Translations under genes and position numbers: made by a program | The notes under the pieces: model-generated | Database searches by the model: none | What the model was told of the DNA's origin: nothing | Seen by the model: only the letters and a program-made list of their open reading frames with translations | Shown: piece after piece, positions 39,101 through 49,921 of the stretch | Layout: each line of letters starts with the position of its first letter | Position numbering within the stretch: position 1 is the first letter of the stretch | Assembly (NCBI RefSeq): GCF_009834535.1 | Contig: NC_045705.1 | Span: forward strand, 65,410,001-65,474,000 | Source of the DNA: Camelus ferus | Lineage: Eukaryota | Length of the DNA stretch: 64,000 nt | Direction of reading: 5' to 3'

Positions 39101-42100
39101 GGGTCAAAGAAGCATAACAAGGGGAGAGAAGGGGAGGGTTAGGGGGAAGAGGGAGGCCCCCGTCTCACCTGCCTGCTGGGAAGATACCATATGGCTGGAA
39201 GCCAGGCCCCAATCTGTAGTCACAGCCTAATCCTCCCTGCCAGGCAGCTGGGGCCAAGATTCCTTGGAGGTTACTAGGGAGGAGGAGGAGGAGGCCCTTC
39301 AGAGCAAATATGGGTATGGGGGTTGAAGTTTGGGGGCCACTGGAGGGTGGGCAGGGAACCCCAGGGCACAAGCTCACCAGAGAAGGACTTTTGCATCCTC
39401 AAAGCCAATGGGCTGAGTGGGAATTGGAGGAAACCCGGAGACATTGGCAGGGTCCAGGCGGAAGGAGGAGGGGTTGGCTGGAAGGTAAGGAGTCAGGGGG
39501 TCCCCAAAATACTCAAAGTAGGAGCCTCGCTCGACCCCTGAGGGAGGCAGGCCCCAGGAGTGCGGGAAGGTTTCATTTGGCAAGCTCTTCCCATCGTTGA
39601 TGTCGCCGGGGTCTGTGTACACCAGCAGCCCAGCCGCCCCGTGCTGGGCGGCGTTCACAGCCTGCAGGGGTGGGCAGGGAAGGCTGTGTTTAGGGGAGGG
39701 GTAAGAAAGGGGCATGTCCTGCTCCTTTTCCTTCCTCCCTCCCTGTGGAAGCCAGGACAGAGCTGTCTTCCTACTGGCAAGACAATGCTTACACAAGTCA
39801 TTTGTTGTAGTGCTGCCTGAGATAGCAAATACTGTTGGGCATAGACAAGCCAGTGTTCATCAAAGGGGCCATTAAATGAACCAAGGCACCCTACAGCGGA
39901 GCACTATGCAGCTGTATAAAAGGAGGATGTGCTGCTACACCCATGTTTATATAAGCCCTATTCACAGTAGCCAAAAAGCAGAAACAACCCAATTGTCCAT
40001 TACTGATAAATGGATAAGCAAAACATAGTATACAACGTGCAAGGGAATATTACTAAGCTTTAAAAAGGAATGAAGTTCTGATACATCAGTGAACCTTGAA
40101 AATACTATGCTAAGTGAAATAACATACACAAAAGAACAAATAGCATGTGATTCCTCTTATGAGAGGTACCTGGAATAGGCAAATTCATAGAGATAGAAAG
40201 TCAAATAGAGTTTATTGGGGACTGGGGAGGGAATACAAGGGAGTTAGTTTTTAATTGGTACAGAGCTTCTTTTGGAATAATGAAAGCATTCTGGAAAAGG
40301 AGAGTCATGATGGTTGCACAATATTGTGAATGTTCTTAATGCTATTGCATTGTACATTTAAAAAATGGTTAACATGGTAAACTTTATGTTACATATATTT
40401 TAGGACAATAAAAACAAAACAATACATTAAAAAAAAAAAGAACAAGGACAGAGCTTACTTACCAATTAAGAATGATCCCCAGGATGTGTTAAAGTGAAAA
40501 AAGCACAGCTCAGAACAGTGGGTATTGTATGCTACTTTTTTTGTGGGCGGATGTGGAGGTAAATAGGTTTATTTATTTTAAAAAAAATTTTTAATGGAGG
40601 TACTGAAGATTGAATCCAGGACCTCATGCATGCTAAGCATGCACTCTACCACTGAGCTATACCCTCCCCCTGTATGCTACTTTTATATAAAAAAAAGAGG
40701 GAAATAAGGAAATATCTTCATATGATCTTCTTCCCCCAAAACTCTGATAGATATCCCATAAACTAAAAAAATTTAAAAATTTTTTTAAAAAAGCTACTTC
40801 TTTGGAGGATGGCATTATGGGGAAACTTTTTCATTCTATACCTTTTTATTTTTTTTAAACTGGAAATTCCATAATCTGTATAATTCCACCAGGGCTGTTC
40901 CCCTTTCTTTTCTTCTCTTTTCTTTCCTTTTTTTCAACCCCCAACTCTCATCATGGGCACTTCTTTTAAAATTGTGATAAAATATGCAAAACATAAAATG
41001 TGCTATCTTAACCGTTTTAAAGTTTACAGATCAGTGGCAGTCACTACATTGCCAATATTGTGCTACTGTCACCATCATTAATCTCCAGAACTCTTTTCAT
41101 TTTGGAAATCTGAAACTCTACCTACTGAACACAAGCTCCCTAGTCCCCTCTCTCACTCTATACCTTTTAACATTTAAAATAAATAAGTAAACATTTTAAA
41201 ACCATAGACATGTCATCCTCAGTCAAAATTCTGTATTGAAAAGAAGCAAGTTGCAGGGGAAGGGGGGTGGGGACAACAGGAGGGATTTAAGTTGAATATT
41301 CAGAACAACTACCTCCCAGGAGGACTTAGACAAGCACTTCCAGGATATCAAAGCTGAAAAATGTGCCCGATTCCTTTATTTCCTAAGGCTCAGGGAAGTT
41401 ACGGAGGCATCCAAGTTCTCACAGCATGTAAGTGCTCTTTGGGCCACTCAATGGGCTGGAGTCTGGCTGGGCTGAGTCCCAGGGCAGGCCTGGTGGGTGA
41501 AGGAGTCACTCACCCTCTCTGGCCCTGAGCCCTTGGTCCAGCACTCAGCACAGCTCCAATCTCTTCTCCTCACTGCCCACTGCTGGGCCCCTCTCCCCAC
41601 CCAGCCCCCTTCACGGGCAGCAGCTGCTTACCTTGGCCCCGCGCCCTATACCCCCATAGCGGGTCAGAACGATGGTGTCTTGGAGCTGGATTCCCTGATT
41701 GGATAGCCACATGAAGTCTTCTTCCGTGCCCTGGTTGGCATAGACAAGGAGGCCCTATTCCCAAGACAAAGTGACCCTTAGAGCCAGGCCCCAGAAAGGC
41801 AGTGGGGAAAGAAGAGGGAAGGTGGAGTGGCAGGATGAAGGGTTTGGAGTCTGTTCCCCTGCCTCACCCAGAGCTTATAAGCTCCCCAGACAAAGTCACA
41901 CCTGGTTTTCTCTGTGCTCTGTGTCCAGGTACCCTGTATTAGGCCTGCCCTTGAGCACGGCCTGTTAGTGTTTGTTGAATGACTAAGTGATGGGCAAAAA
42001 GAGTAGTACTGGAGTGTGGAGGTGAGTAAATTCTGAGGCGGAGGCAGGGCTGAGCCCCAGCTGAGGCACTTTTCTTTAACTGCACCTGGGTCAGGATGAG

Positions 42101-42829
42101 AGAAGCTGGGATGGGAGCTGGGGGAGCTGAGCCATGGCAGCGGGAAGGGGGTGACCTAGGCCCACCTGAGGGCTTCCGGGGGGAGCATAGGCAGCATAGG
42201 GTGGCACCACATTGGGCCCCCCCTGCTCCCCAGTCAGGTTCTCTTCGCTTCGTCGGCAGGAGTGGATGATGTCCCCAGTGGGCCCCACTGTGGAGGGAGG
42301 GCAAGGTCAGGGCAGGGCCCGGCAGCTCCCCCAGCCTACAGGCATCCCCAAGCCAGAGCAGGGCCTCACCAACGTCCACATGGTTAGGCTGTTCCTGGCT
42401 AGGGAAGGACAGCAGCACTTCGTACTCAGAGGTCCCGGCTGAGTCCAGGCCTGACTCTGGGTCCTGCCACCGCTGCAGCAGCAGCTGCACCAGCGCCTCG
42501 TCCCGGGGGGTGGTGGCCAGGTGCGGCTCCTTGGAGAGTTCTCTGCATGGAGGGCGGGGTGGACATGCAGGCCCAGGGTCAAGGAGGGGCCTCTGGCAAA
42601 CAGGAGGGGCAGGTGGGCAGGCCTCTCACCTAAGGTTCTCCCGGATCCTGCTGGCATCCAGCTGTCCCATGACGGTCTCAAGGAGCTCCAGGTCCAGGTC
42701 CTGGGGAACTGAGACACTGGGGGCTGGCGAGTCGGTCCCCTTGGGGATGGCAAAGTGGCCCAGGATGATCCCCAGCCCCAAGAGGGCAGCGGCCCCCACC
42801 ACCCCTCCAAGCACCTTCACGCACTGCAT
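33114..42829 (-). CDS. NAALADL1: N-acetylated alpha-linked acidic dipeptidase-like 1 (M28 peptidase), 745 aa; complement join(42630-42829,42370-42542,42166-42287,41632-41754,39378-39661,39169-39273,38373-38458,38112-38231,35858-35943,35714-35777,35562-35629,35248-35339,35077-35167,34244-34325,33986-34159,33821-33908,33618-33710,33114-33300)
   Basis: N-terminal TM ([14 protein letters not shown]), PA domain, M28 motifs GNHRDSW, DPSSG, WGAEEFG, YINVD, YHTAFD; 18 GT-AG exons sum to 2238 nt, open frame. Confidence 0.97.
37237..37394 (-). mobile_element. tRNA-Ala-derived SINE with (CTTT)n tail
   Basis: 15-bp TSD tagatatttttcttt at 37222-37236 and 37395-37409. Confidence 0.9.
37757..38040 (+). mobile_element. 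L1 3' end (cetartiodactyl type)
   Basis: aacaacaaggtcctactgtacagcacagggaact...gaatcactttgctgtacaccagaaactaacacaacattgtaaa plus A tail. Confidence 0.85.
39935..40440 (+). mobile_element. L1MB-like 3' fragment
   Basis: ataaatggataagcaaaac...aaaaggaatgaagttctgatacat...atgctaagtgaaa...; approximate. Confidence 0.75.
40540..40670 (-). mobile_element. tRNA-Ala-derived SINE
   Basis: Perfect 14-bp TSD tgtatgctactttt at 40526-40539 and 40671-40684. Confidence 0.92.
40965..41160 (-). mobile_element. L1M 3' terminal fragment
   Basis: aacataaaatgtgctatcttaaccgtttt...ctccagaactcttttcat antisense L1 end. Confidence 0.65.
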
Positions 42830-42861
42830 CCTGTGGAGTCTTGGCCAGCTGGGATGGCTCC

Positions 42862-42898
42862 TTATAGATGAGGCATTGGGTCCAGTTAACCATTATCT
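42862..42898 (-). promoter_or_regulatory. NAALADL1 core promoter: TATA-like, CCAAT, HNF1-like and GATA sites
   Basis: Minus strand CTATAA 42862-42867, CCAAT 42875-42879, GTTAACCATTATC 42885-42897, AGATAA 42893-42898. Confidence 0.6.
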
Positions 42899-44265
42899 AA
42901 TGGTTGGCCCTGCCCTTTGGCCGCTAGCTTGCCAGGAAAGTAAAGGATCTTCCTGCAGAGAAGGCCAGGAGTGCTTCACATCCACCTCAATTTCATTTTT
43001 CACCTGGAAGACACCTCTAAGGGGCATCAAGCCCACAAATGGACACTGAGTCTCGGAGAGAGACAAAGTCTCACCTACGATTTCTCAGTAAAAAAAAAAC
43101 CAAGTCAGGACTAGAACTCAGAGCCCCTGTCTCCAGAGCAGGGCTAGACCTGCTGCCCACCATCCCTGCCTCTGTTTCCCTGGTGTCATTCTATCTCCAG
43201 CACATCTAGCCCTGGCTACCTGAGTGGGTTTTAAGTTCAAATCCCATCCTTGCTAGACATAAGCTATGTGACTGGGCAATTCACTTAGCTTCTCTGAGCC
43301 TGATTTCTTAGCTGTACAATGGGATAATAGAATCTGTTTCACAAAACTGTGGTGCTACTTTCATTAAACAAGACCATATCTATAAAAGTATCTAGCCCAA
43401 TGTCTGGCACATAGTGGGAACTCAGTACATTTTAGCCACTGCTGCCTCATCTGATCTCCTAAAATGCTAAGCCTAGAGCTAAGCAAAGAAGAGGGACCCA
43501 GAAGTCTCTGTATGCATCCTGCAGGGGCCCTAGTTTATGGGAGGAAGTGGGACACTTAGCAAGGAAGACTGTTCTAGAGACCGGAGCTGGGGAAGCCCAC
43601 ACTTTCTTGACAAAGTGACCTCCTCTCCTCCATCCCCAGACTCCATCTGGAATCCATCCATCTGTTCATCCACCTACCTACCTATTTATCCACCCATTCT
43701 CCTATCCACCCATCCACTCCCCCTCCCATCCCTCCATCCATCCATTTACTGACTCCTTCCCTTATACCTGCAAGCATCTTTCATTTATTCAGCTCCATGC
43801 CAGATCCATGCCAGGCCCTGGGGAAGCCAAGATGCCCAGGAACTCAAGTCCAGCAGGAGAGCCAGGCAGGCTTTGGGGTCAACCATGTGGTGAGTGCACC
43901 TGTAGAGGGAGGACCAGGGTGCTCACAGTGGAGAACAACAAATTCTGTCCAGCAGGGAACATTTGAGGGGAACTTCCAGGGATGAAAAGGCATTGTGTGT
44001 GGAGAAGGCAAAGGGCAGGCCACCCATGCAGATGGCCTAGGTGTGCAAGGGCTGAGAGGGAGGGGGGGACACGATGTGCTCATTCTAAGTGTTGAGCATC
44101 TTTCAGACTTCACTGAGAGCCAGGCAGGGCTGGGAAGGTCCCTGGGGCTCAAGTATGACTCCTTTCACCCACCATCCTGTCCTGCCTTGGGAGTCCAGCC
44201 AGGCTGCAACTCATTGACCCAAAGATACCTGAAGATCTGGAGAAGCTAGCATGGTAGACTTTGTG

Positions 44266-44267
<2 letters not shown>

Positions 44268-44334
<67 letters not shown>
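44268..44334 (+). repeat. (TG)~33 microsatellite
   Basis: Uninterrupted TG run. Confidence 0.97.
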
Positions 44335-44335
<1 letters not shown>

Positions 44336-45010
44336 TGCACGTGTGCACGATTCCAAAGTACCCTCTCAGAGCAGCACCCTTCCTGCTGCTTACAACCTCG
44401 TTCACCTGCACCACCGTGCCCATTCCCCTCGTGCTGCTGGTCAGGAGGGTTAGCATGTTTGCATGCCAGGACTAGGGTACGGTGTGATCAGGGACGTTAG
44501 GGAGGTGCACCAAAAAGCCACAGTTTTTGGAGAGATGATTATCAGCACCCAGGACATGATCTTATCAGAAGCCTGGCAGTGTGGGGAGCATACACATTCC
44601 TTCTGAGGGCATGGGAGGAGAGCCAGGAAGCCAGCAAGATGCCAAGGTCAGCTGATAAGCTGAGGAACAGACATGGTGATGGCACCATGAGGCAGCAGCT
44701 CCATGGTCCTGCCCCACCCCCTCCTGGAAGGATTTAGAGACTTGAACATGTGAAACCACAGACATGACATCTGGCCAAGAGTGTGTCACATCTGAGTGAG
44801 TGACACTCAAGAACTCCGGCTCAGGCTGCTGGAGTCAGCTGAGGCCTACGTTGCTGTAGGCATTAGACACTAACTTGATCAATCTTCTTTCCCCATCTTG
44901 GCTGGGAGGATGGGATGGACCCTCTCTTCATGGGTGTTGATGGAAATCACTTCAGGTAGCTAATACAGTTTTACTTCCTTTTCTTTTTTTAAAAAATGCA
45001 TTCACTTTTT

Positions 45011-45140
45011 AAATTAATGAAGTTATTTGGGGGGGCGGTAATTAAGTTTACTTATTTATTTTTTACCAGAGGTGCTGGGGATTGAACCCAGGACCTGGTG
45101 CGTGCTAAGCATGCACTCTACCACTGAGCTATAGCCTCCT
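45011..45140 (-). mobile_element. tRNA-Ala-derived SINE, long-tail type
   Basis: ggggattgaacccaggacc...ctctaccactgagctatagcctcc. Confidence 0.87.
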
Positions 45141-47992
45141 TCATTTGACTTCTTTTTCAACTTCCCACCTCACTCCCTCGATCACTGTAACTCAGAGCTT
45201 TATTCCATCCCTCCAGGACTGTCAGTTCATTGGTGCTAGCTCCTTTCCACTCTCCCCCACCTCCCTTATGTGTTTACCTCCCTCTTTGCCCAGCCCAAGT
45301 CCGTTGCAAGCCATCTCAACCTCCTTCATCCACTCTGCTTTGGTCACATTCCCTAGAAAAATTGACCTGGTTACATCTGACCCTCCACCTACTCTGCACC
45401 TGTACCCTTGACCCTGAATATGCCTGTGGAGTCAGATGACCTCACTGGTCTCGCTTTAAATTATGATCCTAGACCTCAAGTGGCCCATAGTGCTGCCTGG
45501 AAGTCCTACCATCTTCCCCTGGTCTACTCTCCCACACTCCTAGACAGCAACTTCACACTACCTCCTCTCATCTCAAGCCTCCAACACATTCTCCCCCTTC
45601 ACTCTCAGCAGCTGACCGTGCTTCCTGTTTCACTGAGAAAATCATAGGGAACATCACTGCTCAAGCTACCCATCCCTACCCCGTCTCCTTGGCCCTCTCT
45701 CCCATCACTGCGATGAGTGGTCCACCTGTCTAAGGCAGCCTTTCCCCTGTGCCCCAGAGCCTGACCCCTCACTGCTCAAGGATGTAGCCCCAGCAAGTCC
45801 TTCTGCTCCCCTCTTTCTTTAGTGGATCATTTCCACCCACCTAAAGCACATATTTATGATGTTTAACACCATCTTTTAAAAAAATCTCTCAATTCCACCT
45901 GCTCCTCCAGCTACTGTCCCACTTTTCTGTCCGCTTTTATGATAAAACCCCTCAGAAGAGTTGACCATGCTTTTCTCCAGTTCCTCTCCTCCCGTTCTCT
46001 CTTGAGGCTGCTCCAAGTCAGGCTTTACCCAGCACTCCACTAAACTGCCCTGGGAAATGTCCACTTCACTCCATGTTGCTCAATCCTGTGGTCAGTTCTG
46101 TTCTGTCTTCTTACTTGACCTGGCACAGCTGATCACCTCGTTGTCCTTAAGTGCTTTGGTCACCTGGCTTCCAGGACCTCTTACGCACCCGGTTTCCCTC
46201 CTGCCTTCTCAGTCTCCAGTGCTGGGCTGTCCTCATCTCCTGACTTCTCAGTGGCAGAGTGGCCCAGGGCCTAGCCTTGGATTGCTTCTCTAGCTGCACC
46301 CATTTTCCAGGTGATCTCATGGCTTTAAATTCAGTTATGATTCCTCCCTCAGGTCCTCCATATCTCTGCTCAAACATCACTTCTGCCCAAGATCTTCACT
46401 GCCATTCTGTGTAAAGTGTGTGCCTTCTACCCCCTCAGGCTTCCTCTCCCCTCTCCTGCTTCGTTTTTCTCCATTGCCTCTATCACCATCTGACTTTTAA
46501 TTATCTCCTGTCTCCCCTTGTAGAATGCGAGTTCTCCCAGGGTCTGGATCTTTCTTTTATTCACCACTGAATCTCCAGAGCCTGGAACAGTGCCTGGTAC
46601 AGAGGAGGCACTCAACAAATATTTGCAGAACAGATGAAAAACTGACCTGAAAGAGCACAGCTCCTCAACTCTGGCGTCTGGTATTAAGGAGTGTCTGGGG
46701 CCACCACAAGGGACACAGAAGGTGGGCACAGAATCCCTGAGAAACAGCCCCTATCGGAACAAGCCTCAGCAAGATTGCTGTGCCAGCCTTGGGCAGGGCC
46801 TGCACAGTGCAGGTGCCCTCATGAGACGGGGCAGTGGGATCTAACAGACCACCAGGGCAGGCTGTTTCTGAAGGATGATGCCCCGGGAGGGAGGGTGACG
46901 CTGCCAGCTGCAGGATTCAGCCACCCTCTCAGGCAGGAGTGGCAGAACTTTTAGGCTGGGCAGGAGTGGGGAGCCTGCTGGGAGTGGAGGTACCCCAACT
47001 TGCTTCCCCTGAAGCCAGTCCAAGATGTGGGTAGATACACAGGTCTGCCAATAATCGCTACCAGTCCCTGAACGCTGACAACTGGCCAGGCTCACACTAC
47101 ATCATCAGTCCTCCCAAGAGCCTCTGAGGTGAGTGCTGTGATCAACCCCATTTTACAGATGAAGAAGCATGTCCAGTTCCTTGGCTAAGGTCACAGAAGC
47201 TGGCTTGTGGTGAAGCTGGGTTAGAATGCAGGGAAATGGGCCACCTCAAACCTGAGGTTGTACCACGACTGTCACTAGCCAAGAGAGAGGCGTCCCATTC
47301 TGCCCCTCACAAGAGAGATGGGACCATGGGGATACAAGAGGTTGGTCTGCCACCCCAGTCCTAGCGCCTTGAGGACATGCAGGCCTGGAAGATCTGGGCA
47401 CAGCTGGTGACTGACACGGTGTTCTGCTTTGACTAGTAGTTCTGGGGGAAATGTGCGTGCATGCGTGTGTGTGTGCGTGTGTGTGTGTCTGTGAATTAAA
47501 AGACCTGGTAATGCCCTGGGGCCCACACAGCTTTGCTGCAGGACTGTCCCTTCAAAAGGCCTTCCTGACTGCGCAGAGTCAACAGGAGTGGTGACAGGGA
47601 CTAAGCTCAGGGCGAAGCTCGGGCCCCCGGCTGCTGGGCTGTGGCCAGGATGCCTTGGGACATCCGGCAGCACTTTTGTGGCTGATAACTGGGGGCCTGT
47701 CGCCTCTCCGTTCCCTGTAGCTGTGCAGTGTGGATGTAGCACATGTGCTTGCTTTCCTAGGCTGGGAAGCTGGAGGCTTTTTAAAGGAAGGTTTTTTTTT
47801 GTTTGTTTTGTTTTTTAAATAAATGGTGGAATATTTAAACAGCAATAAAAAGAACAGACTACTTTTACATACTCTTACCTGTAGCAACATGGATGACTGT
47901 CACAGACATAAAGATGAACAAACGAAGACAGACACAAAAGATAACATACTGTAGAATTCCACTTCTATGAAGCTTCAGCTCCTATGAGTTAA

Positions 47993-48900
47993 TGTGAAGT
48001 GCATTAGTTATACACTGCTGGAGGAGGGCACTGAGAGGGTGTGACCACCAGTTGACCTGCTAGCTCACCCGGGCAACTGGGGGTTCCTCACCCCCTCCCC
48101 TGCCTTCAGAATGTATGCTCCACCCTAGGAGCTGTTTTAAGGACGTGGCCTTGAGAAAGTAAGGTGGTGTTGGGACCATATGGACTGAATATGTGACTGA
48201 ACTCAGTTAAGGCCTCTATATAAATTTTATTATTCTGGCAGGTGGATGCAGAGAACTACTGTCTTTCAGCGCCCAAGATAATCCTTTGCTTATTAAAACT
48301 GCCACCTACCAAATGGGACCATGCGGTGACTGTATCTTATTGATAGGAGTCCTTAAGTGGTTAAATTGATTTAACCATTTAGCTTTGGAGACAACTATTC
48401 CCCTCAATCTCTCTATCAGATAATTCCCTTCAGGAAAATGGCAAGATGGCTATTTGTACAGCTGGGTCACCGGTTGGCTAGGCCACTGGGCAAGAACTGA
48501 TCAGGAAGCGGGTGGTAGGGGATGCCTGGGAACCTGGAGGTGGGGAGGGTGGAGTCTTAGGACAGGAGGGCTGCTCAGTCCAAGGTCAGTGCAGCCTAAA
48601 GCTGTGACCAAATCAAACCTTCACTAATCAAGTCTGTCATCAGTTTTTGGCCTGGGCAGGACTCCGCGGATCCGGTATAAGTCAGACCAGGTCTGAGGAG
48701 GGACCACAAACCTGAATTTCCATCCCCTTGGCTAGTGTTCCCCTGTAGTGGGTATAAAGCAGAAAGATGGGCACAGTTCTTCCACGACAGAGGATTCTAC
48801 CCAGTAAATAATACACCCTAGGGGTTTTGGGGCTTTGGAAAAAATTGCTCTATAGGATATTGACCAATTTTGTATCTGATTTAGCAATCTTATTTCAGAA
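47993..48900. mobile_element. Probable ERV LTR plus internal remnant
   Basis: TATATAAA 48217-48224 then ATTAAA 48292-48297 in LTR-like spacing, followed by non-repetitive ERV-like sequence; family not recognised. Confidence 0.4.
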
Positions 48901-48921
48901 TTCCTTCTTCCTCCCCCCGAC

Positions 48922-48949
48922 TGTGTGTGTGTGTGTGTGTGTGTGTGTG
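48922..48949 (+). repeat. (TG)n microsatellite
   Basis: Visible TG run. Confidence 0.9.
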
Positions 48950-49798
48950 AGTGAATTTCTCATATCCCCTTTAAACTGGCTCTGTCATCCCCTTCATTAG
49001 GGAGTTTAAAAAAAAGTCTAAAGCATGCTGCATGTCTAGTTATATGGGAATTATTTCTTAAGTTTTTGAATATTCTACCTATACATTCTCTGTGTATGTG
49101 TATGTCTCTGTCTCTGTCTTGTTACATCAGGAATCATGGGATGCCTAGAAAGGCTCCCCAGGGCTGGACAGGGTCTGAGGGCAACAAGGCTGATGGGCAC
49201 AAGTCCTGAGAGCCTATTGGTGGCCAGGGCACAGTGACTACAGCTGGACACTTGGGACTACGAGCGGGGTTGGGGGAGGCTCTGTGGCCTAGGACAGGGA
49301 AAACCCCACTGGTGAAGGGGGGCAGGTCTCAAGGGAGGCCCTAGGAGGCCGTCGCTGGAGGTGGGGGTGGGAATTAAAATTCCAGATGCATCTTCAGGCC
49401 TGAAGCATGTTGAGTGTTGGGCTCCAGGGGAGCTCTCACTACCCACCCCACGACTTGACTGACAAAGGGGAAGACTCATCCAAGTTCACAAGGTGGGAAG
49501 TGGCTCTTCTGGCCCCTCCCTAGTCTTCTGCCCTTTGGAGTTAGACCCGATGCTTCCATCCTCCCCAGGGGAGGGTGTGGCCCCCTTCCAGTCCCACCCC
49601 AGCACTTATCACAGAGACATTGATCTTGAGGCTGATAACCAGCCAGACCAGGAATCTCCTCTGGGGTGGGGGAAGCTCAGGGCCAGCAAACCAAGGAAGG
49701 TAGGGCGATGTCAGAGGATGGCCTAGGGACCAAGCTGCTCCACCCGAGTCCCAGGGCCCACAGACAGGCAGGGGAGCCATGGCTCAGCTGCAGAGACG

Positions 49799-49804
49799 TT
49801 TACT
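49799..49804 (-). terminator. Candidate variant poly(A) signal AGTAAA for the unnamed gene
   Basis: TTTACT on plus, 118 nt past the TAG at 49922. Confidence 0.4.
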
Positions 49805-49921
49805 GCTGGGACCTAGAGCATAGCTTCTAGGATGGAATGGCTTCCTGAGGAGGCCGCCTGTCTCCAGCCTCGGGCCCAGCCAGGGCTGCCACTGGTTTCC
49901 ATGGTTGTGGGGAGCGTCAGG

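Noticed and set aside
44149-44500. HT/VC repeat ORFs
   Set aside because: Translations of the (TG)n microsatellite.
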